Counted from the stretch's first letter, positions 28,299-39,112 are shown. The stretch is DNA of 64,000 nt from Alistipes sp. (GCA_045646685.1 JAZRLD010000069.1:136-64135), one strand, 5' to 3'. Notes: generated from the letters alone by a model not told the origin. Numbers and translations are program-made.

Positions 28299-29430
28299 CT
28301 TTATTCAAATTTAGAGTGGTTAATCTTACTATCTGTTCGACGGTGCGACGGACATTCTCCTCGGCGAGCTCACGCTGCATAGCCTCTTGAAGTGTTACAG
28401 GCCCAGCCACAACGGGTAGAATTGCGGCAAAATCGCTCTCGCGCAACGCCTCGCAATCAGCCACACTACCACCAATGGCTACAACAGGTATGCCCTGTGC
28501 TTTGGCTCGTTTCAACACGCCGCTGGGGGCTTTACCCATAACGGTTTGGTAGTCGATGCGCCCCTCGCCGGTGATGACAAGGTCGCTTCCAGACACAATC
28601 TCATCGAAGCGTATCGCATCCAAAACCATATCTATACCTGCTCGCAGTCGTGCGCCCAGCACAGCCTGCAAGGCGTAGCCCATACCTCCAGCCGCACCTG
28701 CGCCCGGGGCAAAGGCCGCTTCGGCATTTACGACCTTAGCAAAGATTCTCAGGCCTTGGTCTAATTGCTCAACCACAGCGGGTGTAGCACCCTTCTGCGG
28801 AGCATACACATAAGCTGCTCCCGTAGGTCCGTAGAGGGGGTTTGTTACATCACACGCAACTTCAATTAAGCACTCTTTAAGTGCTGGCAAAGCGCCACTT
28901 GCGTCAATGTGCGCTACACGCTCCAAGTGTGCGCCACAACCTGCCAAGATACGACCGTTAGAATCGTAAAATCGGTATCCCAGCGCCTCCAACATACCCA
29001 TACCAGCATCGTTTGTAGCACTGCCTCCAATGCCAATAAGCAGATGTCTTGCACCCTGACGCAGAGCATCGGCAATCAACTCGCCTGTGCCGTAGGTGGT
29101 TGCAAGTAGGGGATTGCGCTCTTCATCCTTAAGAAGCGTCAATCCGCTGGTCGTTGCCATCTCTATGATGGCCGTTCTACCGTTGTTGACGACTCCATAC
29201 CGAGCCTTGATTGGTCGCATCAAAGGGTCAGACGTACGTACCTCACGCCACTCTCCATTGAGCGTTGAGACAAGTGCTTGGGCTGTGCCCTCGCCACCAT
29301 CGGCAATGGCTATCTTCTGCACACGACAATGGGGTAAGCGAGCACGAATAGCCTGCTCTGCGGCTGTGGCTACCTCGAAAGATGAGAGTGAGCCCTTGAA
29401 CGAATCGAATGCAACGGTTATCTGTTTCAT
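28291..29430 (-). CDS. Glycerate kinase (GlxK/GarK family)
   Basis: DSFKGSL, ADGGEGT, GIGGSATNDAG, APQKGA, GAGAAGG, ITGEG. Confidence 0.95.
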   Translation of the reverse strand: MKQITVAFDSFKGSLSSFEVATAAEQAIRARLPHCRVQKIAIADGGEGTAQALVSTLNGEWREVRTSDPLMRPIKARYGVVNNGRTAIIEMATTSGLTLLKDEERNPLLATTYGTGELIADALRQGARHLLIGIGGSATNDAGMGMLEALGYRFYDSNGRILAGCGAHLERVAHIDASGALPALKECLIEVACDVTNPLYGPTGAAYVYAPQKGATPAVVEQLDQGLRIFAKVVNAEAAFAPGAGAAGGMGYALQAVLGARLRAGIDMVLDAIRFDEIVSGSDLVITGEGRIDYQTVMGKAPSGVLKRAKAQGIPVVAIGGSVADCEALRESDFAAILPVVAGPVTLQEAMQRELAEENVRRTVEQIVRLTTLNLNKDE

Positions 29431-29443
29431 TACGGTTTAGTTT

Positions 29444-29623
29444 TTATTTTTTTGATGTGGGGCAGTTATTGTCGGATGGTGAGTTGTGGTAGGGACACTC
29501 CTTGTCACTACATCCCGAACACTTAGTGTATTTCCGAGCGCGGTAACCTCGCACAATAGCCCTGAGCAACCACGCAAAGACGGCCGCACCGATTAGATAT
29601 ACTATAATATTTTGCCAATCCAT
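29444..29623 (-). CDS. FeoB-associated Cys-rich small membrane protein
   Basis: MDWQNIIVYLI TM helix followed by CSGCSDKECP. Confidence 0.7.
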   Translation of the reverse strand: MDWQNIIVYLIGAAVFAWLLRAIVRGYRARKYTKCSGCSDKECPYHNSPSDNNCPTSKK

Positions 29624-29638
29624 ATTGCAAATATACAA

Positions 29639-31021
29639 TTATTTCTCGTCGTTTACAACACCCTGCCAACCATCTCCCAACGCCATAACCAAGTTAGCAT
29701 AATTTATATATTGCTGCGCGAGGATATTGACCATCTGCAACTGCGACTCATACCAAGTCTGCTCGGTCGAAATTACATCCAAATAGTCGTACATACCCAT
29801 CGAATAGAGAGCCTCGGTAAGCTGGGCTATGCGCCCATTCGCCTTAACATATTGGGCATACTCCTCGGCTTGCGTGCGATAGGTCGTAATAGCCACCAAT
29901 GCCGACTCAACCTCCTCGAGAGCTGTCAATATTGTCTGTTCAAACTCCTCCACCGCCTCCTTGTAGGCCACGATGGCCATCTTCTCACGATTGCGCAGTG
30001 AACCGAAATTAAACAGCGGTTGCGCCAAGCCTCCCGTTGCGCCCCATTTCCAATGTCCGTCGGCAAACAACTCCTTGACCGTAGAGCCAAAAACGCCACC
30101 ACTGCCCGTAATCGAAATAGATGGGAAACGATTACTTCGCGCAATACCTACGCGCGCCGAGGCGGCTTGCAGGGCGTAATACGACTCCATAATGTCGGGC
30201 CGACGACGCAACAAGTCGGAGGGAATACCCGCAGGAATCACCGAAGGCATATTCTCTATTGTCAGCTCACCGCGAAACATTTTTTTGTCCATCGGTTGCG
30301 GTGTTTCGCCAAGCAATGTGGCCAACGACAACTGCGCCTGTGCCAACGCTCGCGAGTACTGCGCCACATCAGCCGAGGCGGTATATACAAGGCTCTTTGC
30401 TTGGTCTAACTCCAAACCCGTAGAAACACCATATCGCACCATAGAATCCATCAAAGCGGCAGACTCCTCACGAAGACGCAGGCTTCGCTCGGCAATATCA
30501 AGACATAGGCGAGACTGCAAGATGGTAAAATATGCCGTTGCGACCTCCTTGCTCAAAGAGAGCATAACACCGCGTTGTGCCCACACCGACGAGAGTAATT
30601 CGGCCTGCGCCTCACGCTTTGTATTTCGCAGTGCACCAAACAACGACACGCTCCACGATATGGTGGGTTGTAGCGTAAATTCATAGCTCTCGCCCTCGGG
30701 CGTACTATACTCACTCTCGGCCGAAACCTCGGCATTTATCGAGGGTAGGAACGCGCTCCGTGCCACAGCCAAACTATACCGCGCAGACTCCACCCGCAGA
30801 GCCGCCACCGCAAGGTCTTTATTATTACTCAAGGCTCGCAGCTCCAAAGAGTCCAGCACCTCGTCGTTATATATACGCCACCAATAACCTCCCACGCTAT
30901 CCGCAGTTGCAACATCGCCGTAGATATACTTCGAGGGAATATCCACATCGGGCATAGATAGCTGGGGTGCACAGGAGAGGCAAAACAGAGTAGCGACCAA
31001 CGCCGTAAGAAAAGTTTTCAT
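29639..31021 (-). CDS. RND efflux outer-membrane lipoprotein (TolC/OprM family)
   Basis: Lipobox, WW..YND..L, PSDLLRRRPDI, ALGDGW. Confidence 0.92.
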   Translation of the reverse strand: MKTFLTALVATLFCLSCAPQLSMPDVDIPSKYIYGDVATADSVGGYWWRIYNDEVLDSLELRALSNNKDLAVAALRVESARYSLAVARSAFLPSINAEVSAESEYSTPEGESYEFTLQPTISWSVSLFGALRNTKREAQAELLSSVWAQRGVMLSLSKEVATAYFTILQSRLCLDIAERSLRLREESAALMDSMVRYGVSTGLELDQAKSLVYTASADVAQYSRALAQAQLSLATLLGETPQPMDKKMFRGELTIENMPSVIPAGIPSDLLRRRPDIMESYYALQAASARVGIARSNRFPSISITGSGGVFGSTVKELFADGHWKWGATGGLAQPLFNFGSLRNREKMAIVAYKEAVEEFEQTILTALEEVESALVAITTYRTQAEEYAQYVKANGRIAQLTEALYSMGMYDYLDVISTEQTWYESQLQMVNILAQQYINYANLVMALGDGWQGVVNDEK

Positions 31022-31025
31022 ATCA

Positions 31026-34000
31026 TCAGTATTTTATTTCACGTCGTTTCTCAAACCCGCCAATCTTCGCCACCAAATAGTAGGCAGCAGGGTAGAGGAA
31101 TATACCCACCAACGTAGCCATCAGCATACCACCCACAAGCGCCACGCCCATAATATTTCGTGCCGTAGAGTATATTCCCGATGCAAATACCAACGGCATA
31201 ACGCCCAAGATAAAGGCAAAGGCGGTCATTATAATAGGCCTTACTCGCTGGCGCGCCGCACCTATAGCCGAGTCGAGCAACGATATATCGCGCGAGCCGA
31301 AGAACGACGCATCGGCATACTCAACCACCAAAATAGCATTCTTGGCCGCCAAGCCGATGAGCATCACGAGCGATATCTGCATATAGATATTATTCACATA
31401 CACCGCATTCACTGCGTGCGCCGCAACCACAGCCGCCAAAGCTCCGACAACGGCAATAGGCACACTCATCAGAATAGCCAACGGCAATCCCCAACTATTA
31501 TAGAGCGCCGCAAGCGACAGGAAGACAAACAACAACGCCAGCAGATATACCGCCACACCGCTCTTCGATGCATTGGCCTCCTGATATGACATTCCACTCC
31601 ACGAGAAACCCACATCATCGGGCAGTACGTCGCCTGCAATGGTCGAAATATCTTTCATCACATCGCCCGTCGAGGCCTTGGCCGAGGGTGTTACGGTGAG
31701 CGAGATGGATTCATTGAGATTAAAGAGTGTGATATACTCAACACCAATCGTATCTCGCACCGAAACAAATGCCGATAGCGGGACGCTCTCGCCGTTGCTA
31801 TTCTCGACAAAATAGTAATCCAGCGAACGGCTATTCAGACGTCTGTCGGGCGAGGCCTGAATATAGGATTGGTAGAGCTTGCCAAACTTATTGAAGTTAC
31901 CTATATAACTACCGCCCAAATAGGCCGACAGAGAGTTATATATATCCTCTAGCGCCACACCCTGACTCATTGCCTGACGTTTGTTGACCTCTATTCGTCG
32001 GCGTGGAATATCGGCATTAAACTGCGTACTTACCGATGCGATAGAGGGCGTCTGACGCAACGAGTCCATCAGATGATATGTCTGCTCGACAAGGTATGCC
32101 GTACCGCGTCCCTCAAGGTCCTGCACCTCGAGCGTTACACCCGACGTAACACCCAAGCCGGGTATAGAGGGTGGAATAAAGGCGTAGCACTCCGCCTCGG
32201 GTATAGCCACATAAAGCTCCTTGGTCAGTTGGGCTGCGATTTTCGCTGCGGAGAGTTTTCTTGCGGAGTAATCCTTCAGCACGGCGAATATAATTCCGCT
32301 ATTTGTCGAGCTTATTCCTGCCATCATATTAAATCCCGCTGCCAGCGAAGTAAACTTCACCTCGGGGCGTGATACCACAACCTGCTCGACGTGGCGCATT
32401 GCGCGCATCGTAGTCTGCAGAGATGATGCATCGGGCGTACCAACAAAGACCATTAAGTAGCCCTGATCTTCTTCGGGCAAGAATCCCGACGGAAGTATCT
32501 TCCAGCCAACAAACGTCAGGCAGAGCGTAACCACAATAAATATGGCCGTGCGTGTGGCGTGCTTTACAATCGTCGTGGTAAAATTATTATATCGCTCCAT
32601 CAGCCTATCAAACCAGCGATTAAATGAGGCAAAAAAGCCACTTTCTACCCGCTTGTGCGGTCGAAGCAACATAGCACACAGCGCAGGCGAGAGTGTCAAG
32701 GCATTAAACGCCGAGAAGACTATTGCCGTAGCAATGGTTATAGAGAATTGGCGGAACAGCAGGCCCGTGATTCCCGAGGTAAACGACACGGGGATAAATA
32801 CGGCTAACAACACAACGGTTGTAGCGATAATGGGCGACGACACCTTACGCATAGCATCTATCGTGGCCTCTCGGCGATTCATCCCGCGCTCGATATTCAC
32901 CTGCACAGCCTCCACCACAACGATAGCATCATCTACAACCAAACCGATGGCCAGCACCATACCCAGCAACGATATGACATTTAACGAAAAACCCAATAAC
33001 GGGAAGAGCATAAACGTACCCACGAGCGACACGGGAATAGCCACCAGCGGGATAATCGTAGCACGCAAATCCTGCAGGAAGAGATAGATGATTACAATCA
33101 CCAGCAGGAGCGCGATGATAAGCGTTCGGATTATATCCTTTACTCCATCATTAACATTCTTTGTACCATCTACAACCGTATAGATATTCACGCCATCGGG
33201 CAGGCGGTCGGTCAGCTCCTCCACAACAGCCTTCACACGTCCGCCCACCTCTACGGCATTACTGCCCGGCTCCTGATACACGACAATGAGTGTCGAAGGA
33301 TTATCCCCCAACATAGAACGTATGCCATAAGTCTGGCTTCCAAGTGCCACGTCGGCTACATTCTCCAGACGCACCTCATTACCATCGTTGTCGAGCGAGA
33401 TGATTATCTGCGAAAACTCCTCGGCCGAAGATATTTGCGGCGGCAGCGCAACGGTGTAGGTATATACCGCATCCTCGGGCGCGGGCTCTGCGCCAAACTT
33501 ACCTGCGGGATACACGCCACTCTGCGTGCGAATAGCCGACAACACCTCGTCAAGGCTCAAACCGTAGTAGTGCAGTCTGTCGGGCTTAATCCATATACGC
33601 ATAGCATATTCGCCCGCACCCATAATAGATACCTTACCCACGCCATTTATCTTGGCTATTCTATCTTCGAGATTTATGTAGGCGTAGTTCGACAAAAACT
33701 CATCGTCGTAACGCCCATCACTCGCCAAGGCATACACCATCAAAAATCCCGTATCGCTCTTGCGCGTAACAACGCCCTGCGACACCACCGATTGCGGCAG
33801 TTTCGCCGTGGCGGCAGCCACGTTGTTCTGCGTAAAGATTGCGTCCATATCGGGCGAGGAGCCAATATCGAAAGTAACCTGCATCGACATCGTTCCATCG
33901 TTGGCGCTCGTGGTCTGCATATAGAGCATATCGCTCACGCCAATAACCTCCTGCGCCAAAGGCACCGCCACCGAGTTATTCACCGTCTCCGCATCGGCAC

Positions 34001-34151
34001 CGACATACGAGGCCGACACCTGCACAACGGGAGGCGTTATATCGGGGTATTGCTGGATAGACAAATTCCACAGCGCCACCACACCCATAAGCGTCATAGC
34101 TATGGCCAGCGAGATGGCAAATACTGGTCGTTTAATGAAGAACTCACCCAT
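31026..34151 (-). CDS. RND efflux permease (AcrB/HAE1 family)
   Basis: FFIKRPVFA, YPDITPP, IGLVVDDAIVVVE, GLAAKNAIL, RVRPIIMT. Confidence 0.95.
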   Translation of the reverse strand: MGEFFIKRPVFAISLAIAMTLMGVVALWNLSIQQYPDITPPVVQVSASYVGADAETVNNSVAVPLAQEVIGVSDMLYMQTTSANDGTMSMQVTFDIGSSPDMDAIFTQNNVAAATAKLPQSVVSQGVVTRKSDTGFLMVYALASDGRYDDEFLSNYAYINLEDRIAKINGVGKVSIMGAGEYAMRIWIKPDRLHYYGLSLDEVLSAIRTQSGVYPAGKFGAEPAPEDAVYTYTVALPPQISSAEEFSQIIISLDNDGNEVRLENVADVALGSQTYGIRSMLGDNPSTLIVVYQEPGSNAVEVGGRVKAVVEELTDRLPDGVNIYTVVDGTKNVNDGVKDIIRTLIIALLLVIVIIYLFLQDLRATIIPLVAIPVSLVGTFMLFPLLGFSLNVISLLGMVLAIGLVVDDAIVVVEAVQVNIERGMNRREATIDAMRKVSSPIIATTVVLLAVFIPVSFTSGITGLLFRQFSITIATAIVFSAFNALTLSPALCAMLLRPHKRVESGFFASFNRWFDRLMERYNNFTTTIVKHATRTAIFIVVTLCLTFVGWKILPSGFLPEEDQGYLMVFVGTPDASSLQTTMRAMRHVEQVVVSRPEVKFTSLAAGFNMMAGISSTNSGIIFAVLKDYSARKLSAAKIAAQLTKELYVAIPEAECYAFIPPSIPGLGVTSGVTLEVQDLEGRGTAYLVEQTYHLMDSLRQTPSIASVSTQFNADIPRRRIEVNKRQAMSQGVALEDIYNSLSAYLGGSYIGNFNKFGKLYQSYIQASPDRRLNSRSLDYYFVENSNGESVPLSAFVSVRDTIGVEYITLFNLNESISLTVTPSAKASTGDVMKDISTIAGDVLPDDVGFSWSGMSYQEANASKSGVAVYLLALLFVFLSLAALYNSWGLPLAILMSVPIAVVGALAAVVAAHAVNAVYVNNIYMQISLVMLIGLAAKNAILVVEYADASFFGSRDISLLDSAIGAARQRVRPIIMTAFAFILGVMPLVFASGIYSTARNIMGVALVGGMLMATLVGIFLYPAAYYLVAKIGGFEKRREIKY

Positions 34152-34153
34152 AA

Positions 34154-35269
34154 TTACTCTACGTTTTGCGGTACTACCTTCGCTCCATTTCGCAGTTTCT
34201 GACTGCCCGTTACAGCTACGCGCTCACCCTCTGAAAGACCGCTTTGAACAACCCAACGGCTACCCAGTGTCTCGGCTGTGGTTATGCGGCGATACTCTAC
34301 GGTACTATCCGCGCGCACTACCCACACCGACTCTATGCCCTGCGTGCGATTTACACACTGCTGCGGAATGGTAATGATGCGTTGCTTGCCGCCTATGCCC
34401 GTCTCCACACGGCCATACTCGCCAGCTTTTAACTGCTGGTCGGGATTGGGAAAATCCACGACTAAAGTTATCGTACCGCTTGTGGAGGAGATATTCTGTT
34501 TGGTGTAATCATATACGCCCCGATGCTCATACTCCTCGCCATTGGCAAGATACAAGACAACGTCTGTAAGCAACCCCCGATTGTCGTAGAGCGTGCGGCC
34601 CGCAGCGTAGCGCATATACAGCGACGTAGGAATAGCAATTTCCGCCGAAAGAGTATCTGTATTGGAGATAGTTGTGAGTGTCGAAAACTCCGTACCCGGA
34701 CCAACATAGTCGCCCTCGTGCGCATTGCTCCACGCAATGATTCCATCAATAGGGGAGTAGATATTGGCATAACCCACCTGCAGGCGTGCATTCTCCAACG
34801 ATTGTCGCGCCGACTGCACAGAGGAGCGAGCCGAAGCATACGTAGAAGTATATTGGTCGAGTTGAGCGCGCGAGATGGCATTTATCTTGGCCAGCGGCAG
34901 AGCACGTTCATAATTGTTCCTTGCCTCCACCTCCTGCGCCTCGGCGGCAGCCAACTGCGCTTTGGCGGCATAGAGCGTAGTATTCAAAAGGTCGGCATCC
35001 AGCACAAAAAGCAAATCACCCTTGCGCACGGGCATACCCGCCGAGAAACTCTTTTTAAGCAGATAGCCATTCACGCGCGGCTGAATTATGGCGTCGTAAT
35101 TACTCTTCAGGTGAGTGACAAAATCATACCGCATAACCATCTCCTCGGCCGTGGCCGTAGCCACCTCGATTGTCATCGCAGGCATAGCCGTCGGCTCCTT
35201 TTTATGATGGTGACACGAGGCGTAGAAACACGCAAAAAACAACAAAGAAAACAGCATAACTCTCCGCAT
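34154..35269 (-). CDS. RND efflux periplasmic adaptor (membrane fusion protein)
   Basis: Lipobox, IQPRVNG, IYSPIDG, FPNPD, GLSEGERV; first gene of the operon. Confidence 0.92.
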   Translation of the reverse strand: MRRVMLFSLLFFACFYASCHHHKKEPTAMPAMTIEVATATAEEMVMRYDFVTHLKSNYDAIIQPRVNGYLLKKSFSAGMPVRKGDLLFVLDADLLNTTLYAAKAQLAAAEAQEVEARNNYERALPLAKINAISRAQLDQYTSTYASARSSVQSARQSLENARLQVGYANIYSPIDGIIAWSNAHEGDYVGPGTEFSTLTTISNTDTLSAEIAIPTSLYMRYAAGRTLYDNRGLLTDVVLYLANGEEYEHRGVYDYTKQNISSTSGTITLVVDFPNPDQQLKAGEYGRVETGIGGKQRIITIPQQCVNRTQGIESVWVVRADSTVEYRRITTAETLGSRWVVQSGLSEGERVAVTGSQKLRNGAKVVPQNVE

Positions 35270-35301
35270 AATAAAAACGTTTTAAATTGTAAGTAATGCG
35301 G

Positions 35302-35319
35302 TCAAAAAATATGCCATCG
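35302..35319 (-). promoter_or_regulatory. Sigma54-like -24/-12 site upstream of the RND operon
   Basis: Minus strand cgaTGGCAT-atttt-TTGA; 17/18 identical to 39646-39663. Confidence 0.55.
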
Positions 35320-35446
35320 GAGCCCTTTTCGGACTACCGAAAAAGAGTTAAATGCTTTTTACACACGATTTTTGCTCGAAAATTATTTGGTTTTTAGAAA
35401 TTTTCATATATTTGCGCAAATAACAAACCAATAAACGATAATTGAT

Positions 35447-35623
35447 ATGAAAAACTTGGTAGACCAGATCAATGCACAGGTTGAGATTTTCTCAGCTAAT
35501 GCTGCTGCACAGGTAGAGAAGAACAATAAGGCTGCAGGTACACGCGCTCGTAAGGCTGCGCTCGAGTTGACTAAGCTTCTTAAGGAGTTCCGTAAGGTTT
35601 CTGTAGAGGAGGCTAAGAAGTAA
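35447..35623 (+). CDS. Small basic histone-H1-like (Hc1-type) protein of Bacteroidetes, 58 aa
   Basis: MKNLVDQINAQVEIFSANAAAQVEKNNKAAGTRARKAALELTKLLKEFRKVSVEEAKK*; below the ORF-track cutoff; TATATTTG promoter upstream and hairpin downstream. Confidence 0.88.
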   Translation: MKNLVDQINAQVEIFSANAAAQVEKNNKAAGTRARKAALELTKLLKEFRKVSVEEAKK

Positions 35624-35681
35624 TCTATAGTGCAACCAAATACATAGAGGACTGTTCCTGTGGGAGCAGTCCTCTTGTGTT

Positions 35682-37358
35682 TTATAGTTCGACTCCAGCC
35701 CTCTCAAATAGTCTGCTTTGCGCGGAGTCTATGCCGATATTTTCATTCAGCGGTGTAGCCCGATTATGGTCATCGAGATAGTATCGCTCGGAGGTATAAT
35801 CATAGTCAAACGACACCAGCGAAGCCTCAAAATCGATATATGGCGATGCGATTGACGCCATATCGGCCACGGTATGGAACACCGAATAGGTTGTGGCGGG
35901 GACATTTTTATTATATAGCGCGGCCTCGGCTTTCTCTTTAAATAGCAACTTGTATTTATCAGAAAACCACGTAAAAGAGGCAACGTGCAACTGATAATAT
36001 GTAGCGGTAGGCGTGGCGTGCAGGAATCTCTCCTCGTCAGTGTCAAACAAATCCTCGCCGTGGTCGGCACAGTAGAGCATTGCCGAGCATATTTCGGGAT
36101 AGGAATCGAGCGTTGTGATAATCTCATTCAAGACATAATCGGTATATAGAATCGAGTTATCGTAGGCATTGCGAATCCTATCAACATTTGCCTTTTCTAT
36201 GGCCACATCATCGTCAGGCAGGAAGGCGGCGAACTCGCGCGGATAACGCTGGCGATAGCTATAATGCGAGCCGTAGGTATGCAGGACAAATAAAATCTTA
36301 CGAGAGCAATCCTCTGCCAAAGCCTTTCGCATCACCTCGGCTAACTGCGCGTCGTAATGCGGTGCATCGAGATAGATTGTAAAATTTGCGTCGTTCGCCA
36401 GCTTATCAATCATAGCCCCTTGAGGTTGCTGATTTGAGATAAAATAGGTCGTAAATCCCGCCTCATTAAAGAGTGCCAGAATACCCGAACGCCGATACAA
36501 CTCCCGATGCTCCGAAGTATGAACAGACGATAGAATCATCGGCACGCTCTTATGCGTGGTATTGCTCTGCGTAGTAATCTGCCGAAACAGCACAATATCA
36601 TCGCGGCTGGAGAGCAGGGGATTGGTTGCTCGCTCATAACCGTATAGTTGCCAATTTGCGGCACGCGAGGCCTCGCCAATAACCAGCACATATACCTCTC
36701 GGACATCAGTCGCAGGTAGATGTTCTGCGTGATATAAAAATCCCTCGGAGGTCTGTTCGTAGTGGTCTATTCTATATTTCTCCAAGATTGCCAAACCGAG
36801 ATTGTAACTCACATTTATCGGGAATACATCGCCCCGCAACACACGCCACGCATCTCCGCGACAGCCTGATATCAAAACTATAAGTCCCGCAACAAACGAT
36901 ATACCGCCAATGGCATACATTCTATGGCGAGTGGAGTTTTTCAGTTCAATATTTTTACGTATATGAAGGGCCGCCAGCAACAAAAGCGGAAGATAAACGA
37001 TTATGACAAATATAACAGCAGGGTAGATATTACTCAACAATTCTCTTGCTTCACCCGGATTGGTGGTAATTATATTAAGGAACATATCAGTAGCCACAAC
37101 CGAGCCACCAAACAGAAACGACAGCACCACCTGAAACGCGCTGAAAAAGATAAACGGCAGACCATACCACACCATACGTCCCGAGTGGCGGGATAGGGCG
37201 GCAAAGAGGGTATATGCACCAAGTGGCAACAACACCCCAACAAAAGAGAGTGATAGGGGATTTTTCTCGGTATAGGTAAGAATCAATATGGGCAACATCA
37301 ACGTCGTTACGTAAATTGCGGCGAGCAGTGTTGCGTCATATATCCTCTTTCTAAACAT
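35682..37358 (-). CDS. Phosphoethanolamine transferase (EptA/sulfatase family)
   Basis: N-terminal TM helices; IGEASR, SNTTHKSVP (catalytic Thr), HTYGSH, YDNSILYTD, ADHGE. Confidence 0.9.
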   Translation of the reverse strand: MFRKRIYDATLLAAIYVTTLMLPILILTYTEKNPLSLSFVGVLLPLGAYTLFAALSRHSGRMVWYGLPFIFFSAFQVVLSFLFGGSVVATDMFLNIITTNPGEARELLSNIYPAVIFVIIVYLPLLLLAALHIRKNIELKNSTRHRMYAIGGISFVAGLIVLISGCRGDAWRVLRGDVFPINVSYNLGLAILEKYRIDHYEQTSEGFLYHAEHLPATDVREVYVLVIGEASRAANWQLYGYERATNPLLSSRDDIVLFRQITTQSNTTHKSVPMILSSVHTSEHRELYRRSGILALFNEAGFTTYFISNQQPQGAMIDKLANDANFTIYLDAPHYDAQLAEVMRKALAEDCSRKILFVLHTYGSHYSYRQRYPREFAAFLPDDDVAIEKANVDRIRNAYDNSILYTDYVLNEIITTLDSYPEICSAMLYCADHGEDLFDTDEERFLHATPTATYYQLHVASFTWFSDKYKLLFKEKAEAALYNKNVPATTYSVFHTVADMASIASPYIDFEASLVSFDYDYTSERYYLDDHNRATPLNENIGIDSAQSRLFERAGVEL

Positions 37359-38575
37359 CAAAATGCTTCGTTTACATTGATTATCAAGCCTTGCGAATGG
37401 CGACCAAAACCGTAGTCTATTCGCAGGGCTGTTTGTCCTGCTATGGCCAAACGTAAACCAACACCTGCATTGGGAAGTATCTTTGAAGCGTCGAAGTTTT
37501 TGCCATAATCGAAGATGCTACCCGCACCGCCCCACGCACATACGCCAATAGGACCATATATGGTTTGACGCAACTCAAGCTGCGCCGTCAGCATCTTTCG
37601 GTCGGTATAACGACCATAGTAGTATCCTCGCATACGACTTGTTCCACCCACCGATGGCCAATAGAACCACGGTGTTGCCGATGACCACAAATCACCATAC
37701 AAATCTACTGCCATAACTCCACCTTGCCACAACGGCTGGAAATAATCGGCCTGCACGACAAAATGAAAGAGCGTTTTATCGTAGTCTCCCAAACCTTTGG
37801 GTAGCACCTCACCCAAAAGCGAGATATAGAATCCACGGGTTGTCGTGAGGGTATTATCGCGCGTATCATACACGCCATTTAGAGATATGCCTGTCGTATA
37901 TGCTGACCTTACGTGCTGCCCGCCACCTATAAGATAATCCTCGCCAGCAGTATCAAATGAATCACCTTTACCATAGCGGAGATTTACGCCTGCACCGAGC
38001 CAAATATTTCGTGCAAATCGGCGCATATAGCGCAGGGTAGAGGTCATATCTCGCTGGATATATTTCGTGCGGGGATTATTATCTGCCGCATCATAACCCA
38101 AGCCCCAAAATCGCACGGGAAGTGAGCCGCCACCTATGTCGTATATGAGTTTGTCTTTTCCCGCACCAAAATAGTTTACGCCAGACAACTGCACACGGAA
38201 AAATCCACTAACCGACACCATACCCGCCAACGAAGCACTCGACTGCAACGCGTTATCGCGCCCCGAACGGTATTGGGCCGTAGCAGCAGCCGTAACGGCA
38301 AGATTTGTCTCCTGGGTATATGCTATTCCGAATTGGCTCTCGAGTTGGATTTTCTCGCTATTGAAAAGAGGTTGCGAGAGTGAGCCTACGACTCTTTGCA
38401 GGAAGGTTTTGCGCGACGCCAGAGCGAGATTATATCTCACGGCATCGTAATCTATCGGGTCGTAATATGTTGTTTGTTTTGTGCGGACGGTATCCCTTGA
38501 CAATGTAATATCCCCCGCCACAGCTACATTTGCGGCAAGCAGAATCATTACAATTGTAAGAGAGAATAATCTCAT
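37358..38575 (-). CDS. Omp85/BamA-TamA family beta-barrel protein without obvious POTRA domains
   Basis: Signal peptide, YDTRDN, MRGYYYGRY, GVGLR, C-terminal Phe. Confidence 0.8.
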   Translation of the reverse strand: MRLFSLTIVMILLAANVAVAGDITLSRDTVRTKQTTYYDPIDYDAVRYNLALASRKTFLQRVVGSLSQPLFNSEKIQLESQFGIAYTQETNLAVTAAATAQYRSGRDNALQSSASLAGMVSVSGFFRVQLSGVNYFGAGKDKLIYDIGGGSLPVRFWGLGYDAADNNPRTKYIQRDMTSTLRYMRRFARNIWLGAGVNLRYGKGDSFDTAGEDYLIGGGQHVRSAYTTGISLNGVYDTRDNTLTTTRGFYISLLGEVLPKGLGDYDKTLFHFVVQADYFQPLWQGGVMAVDLYGDLWSSATPWFYWPSVGGTSRMRGYYYGRYTDRKMLTAQLELRQTIYGPIGVCAWGGAGSIFDYGKNFDASKILPNAGVGLRLAIAGQTALRIDYGFGRHSQGLIINVNEAF

Positions 38576-38581
38576 CGGCGA

Positions 38582-39112
38582 CTATCGATATTTATTAACT
38601 ATTCGCAAGAACTCCTCCTGATCGGCCTTCGAAAATTCACCCTTCTTGCAATACACCAACTCGCCCTCCTTGGTTACAATCATCAGGATGAACATATTAT
38701 TACAATCGCCCAATCCCCACTCCTTTGCTACGTTGCAATCGGTGTCGGTGATAATAATAGCCTTGTTCTTCTCTGTTCGCTTACGAGCCAACGCACGCAC
38801 GATACTATTAGGGAAAACCGTATCTTTAAGGTTGATGATACCAAAACCCTCGATATTCGGGCCCGCCGCAAGTTTATTCTCCTCCAACTCCATAATAAAA
38901 TCGTGGTTCTGGCGGTGCTTGTCGGGATCGACATAGAATATGAGCATATTCTTATCACCCCAATAAGGCATATGCGTAGGTTTATTTCTCAAGTCTCGCA
39001 ACTCAAGATTCTCAACCATATGAGGCAATGGCTCCGTTACTTGCTCCTTATCTTGGGCATTAACAGAGATGGCAAACATTAGTATAAATAAAGTGACGAT
39101 ATACTTCTTCAT
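38582..39112 (-). CDS. YtfJ-like secreted thioredoxin-fold protein
   Basis: Signal peptide; IFYVDPD, GIINLKD, AKEWGL resemble YtfJ. Confidence 0.6.
   Translation of the reverse strand: MKKYIVTLFILMFAISVNAQDKEQVTEPLPHMVENLELRDLRNKPTHMPYWGDKNMLIFYVDPDKHRQNHDFIMELEENKLAAGPNIEGFGIINLKDTVFPNSIVRALARKRTEKNKAIIITDTDCNVAKEWGLGDCNNMFILMIVTKEGELVYCKKGEFSKADQEEFLRIVNKYR

Noticed and set aside
33435-35296. Long antisense ORFs over the RND genes (similar ones at 50707-51492, 52681-53394, 61443-62228)
   Set aside because: Opposite-strand shadows of well-supported genes caused by codon bias; no motifs
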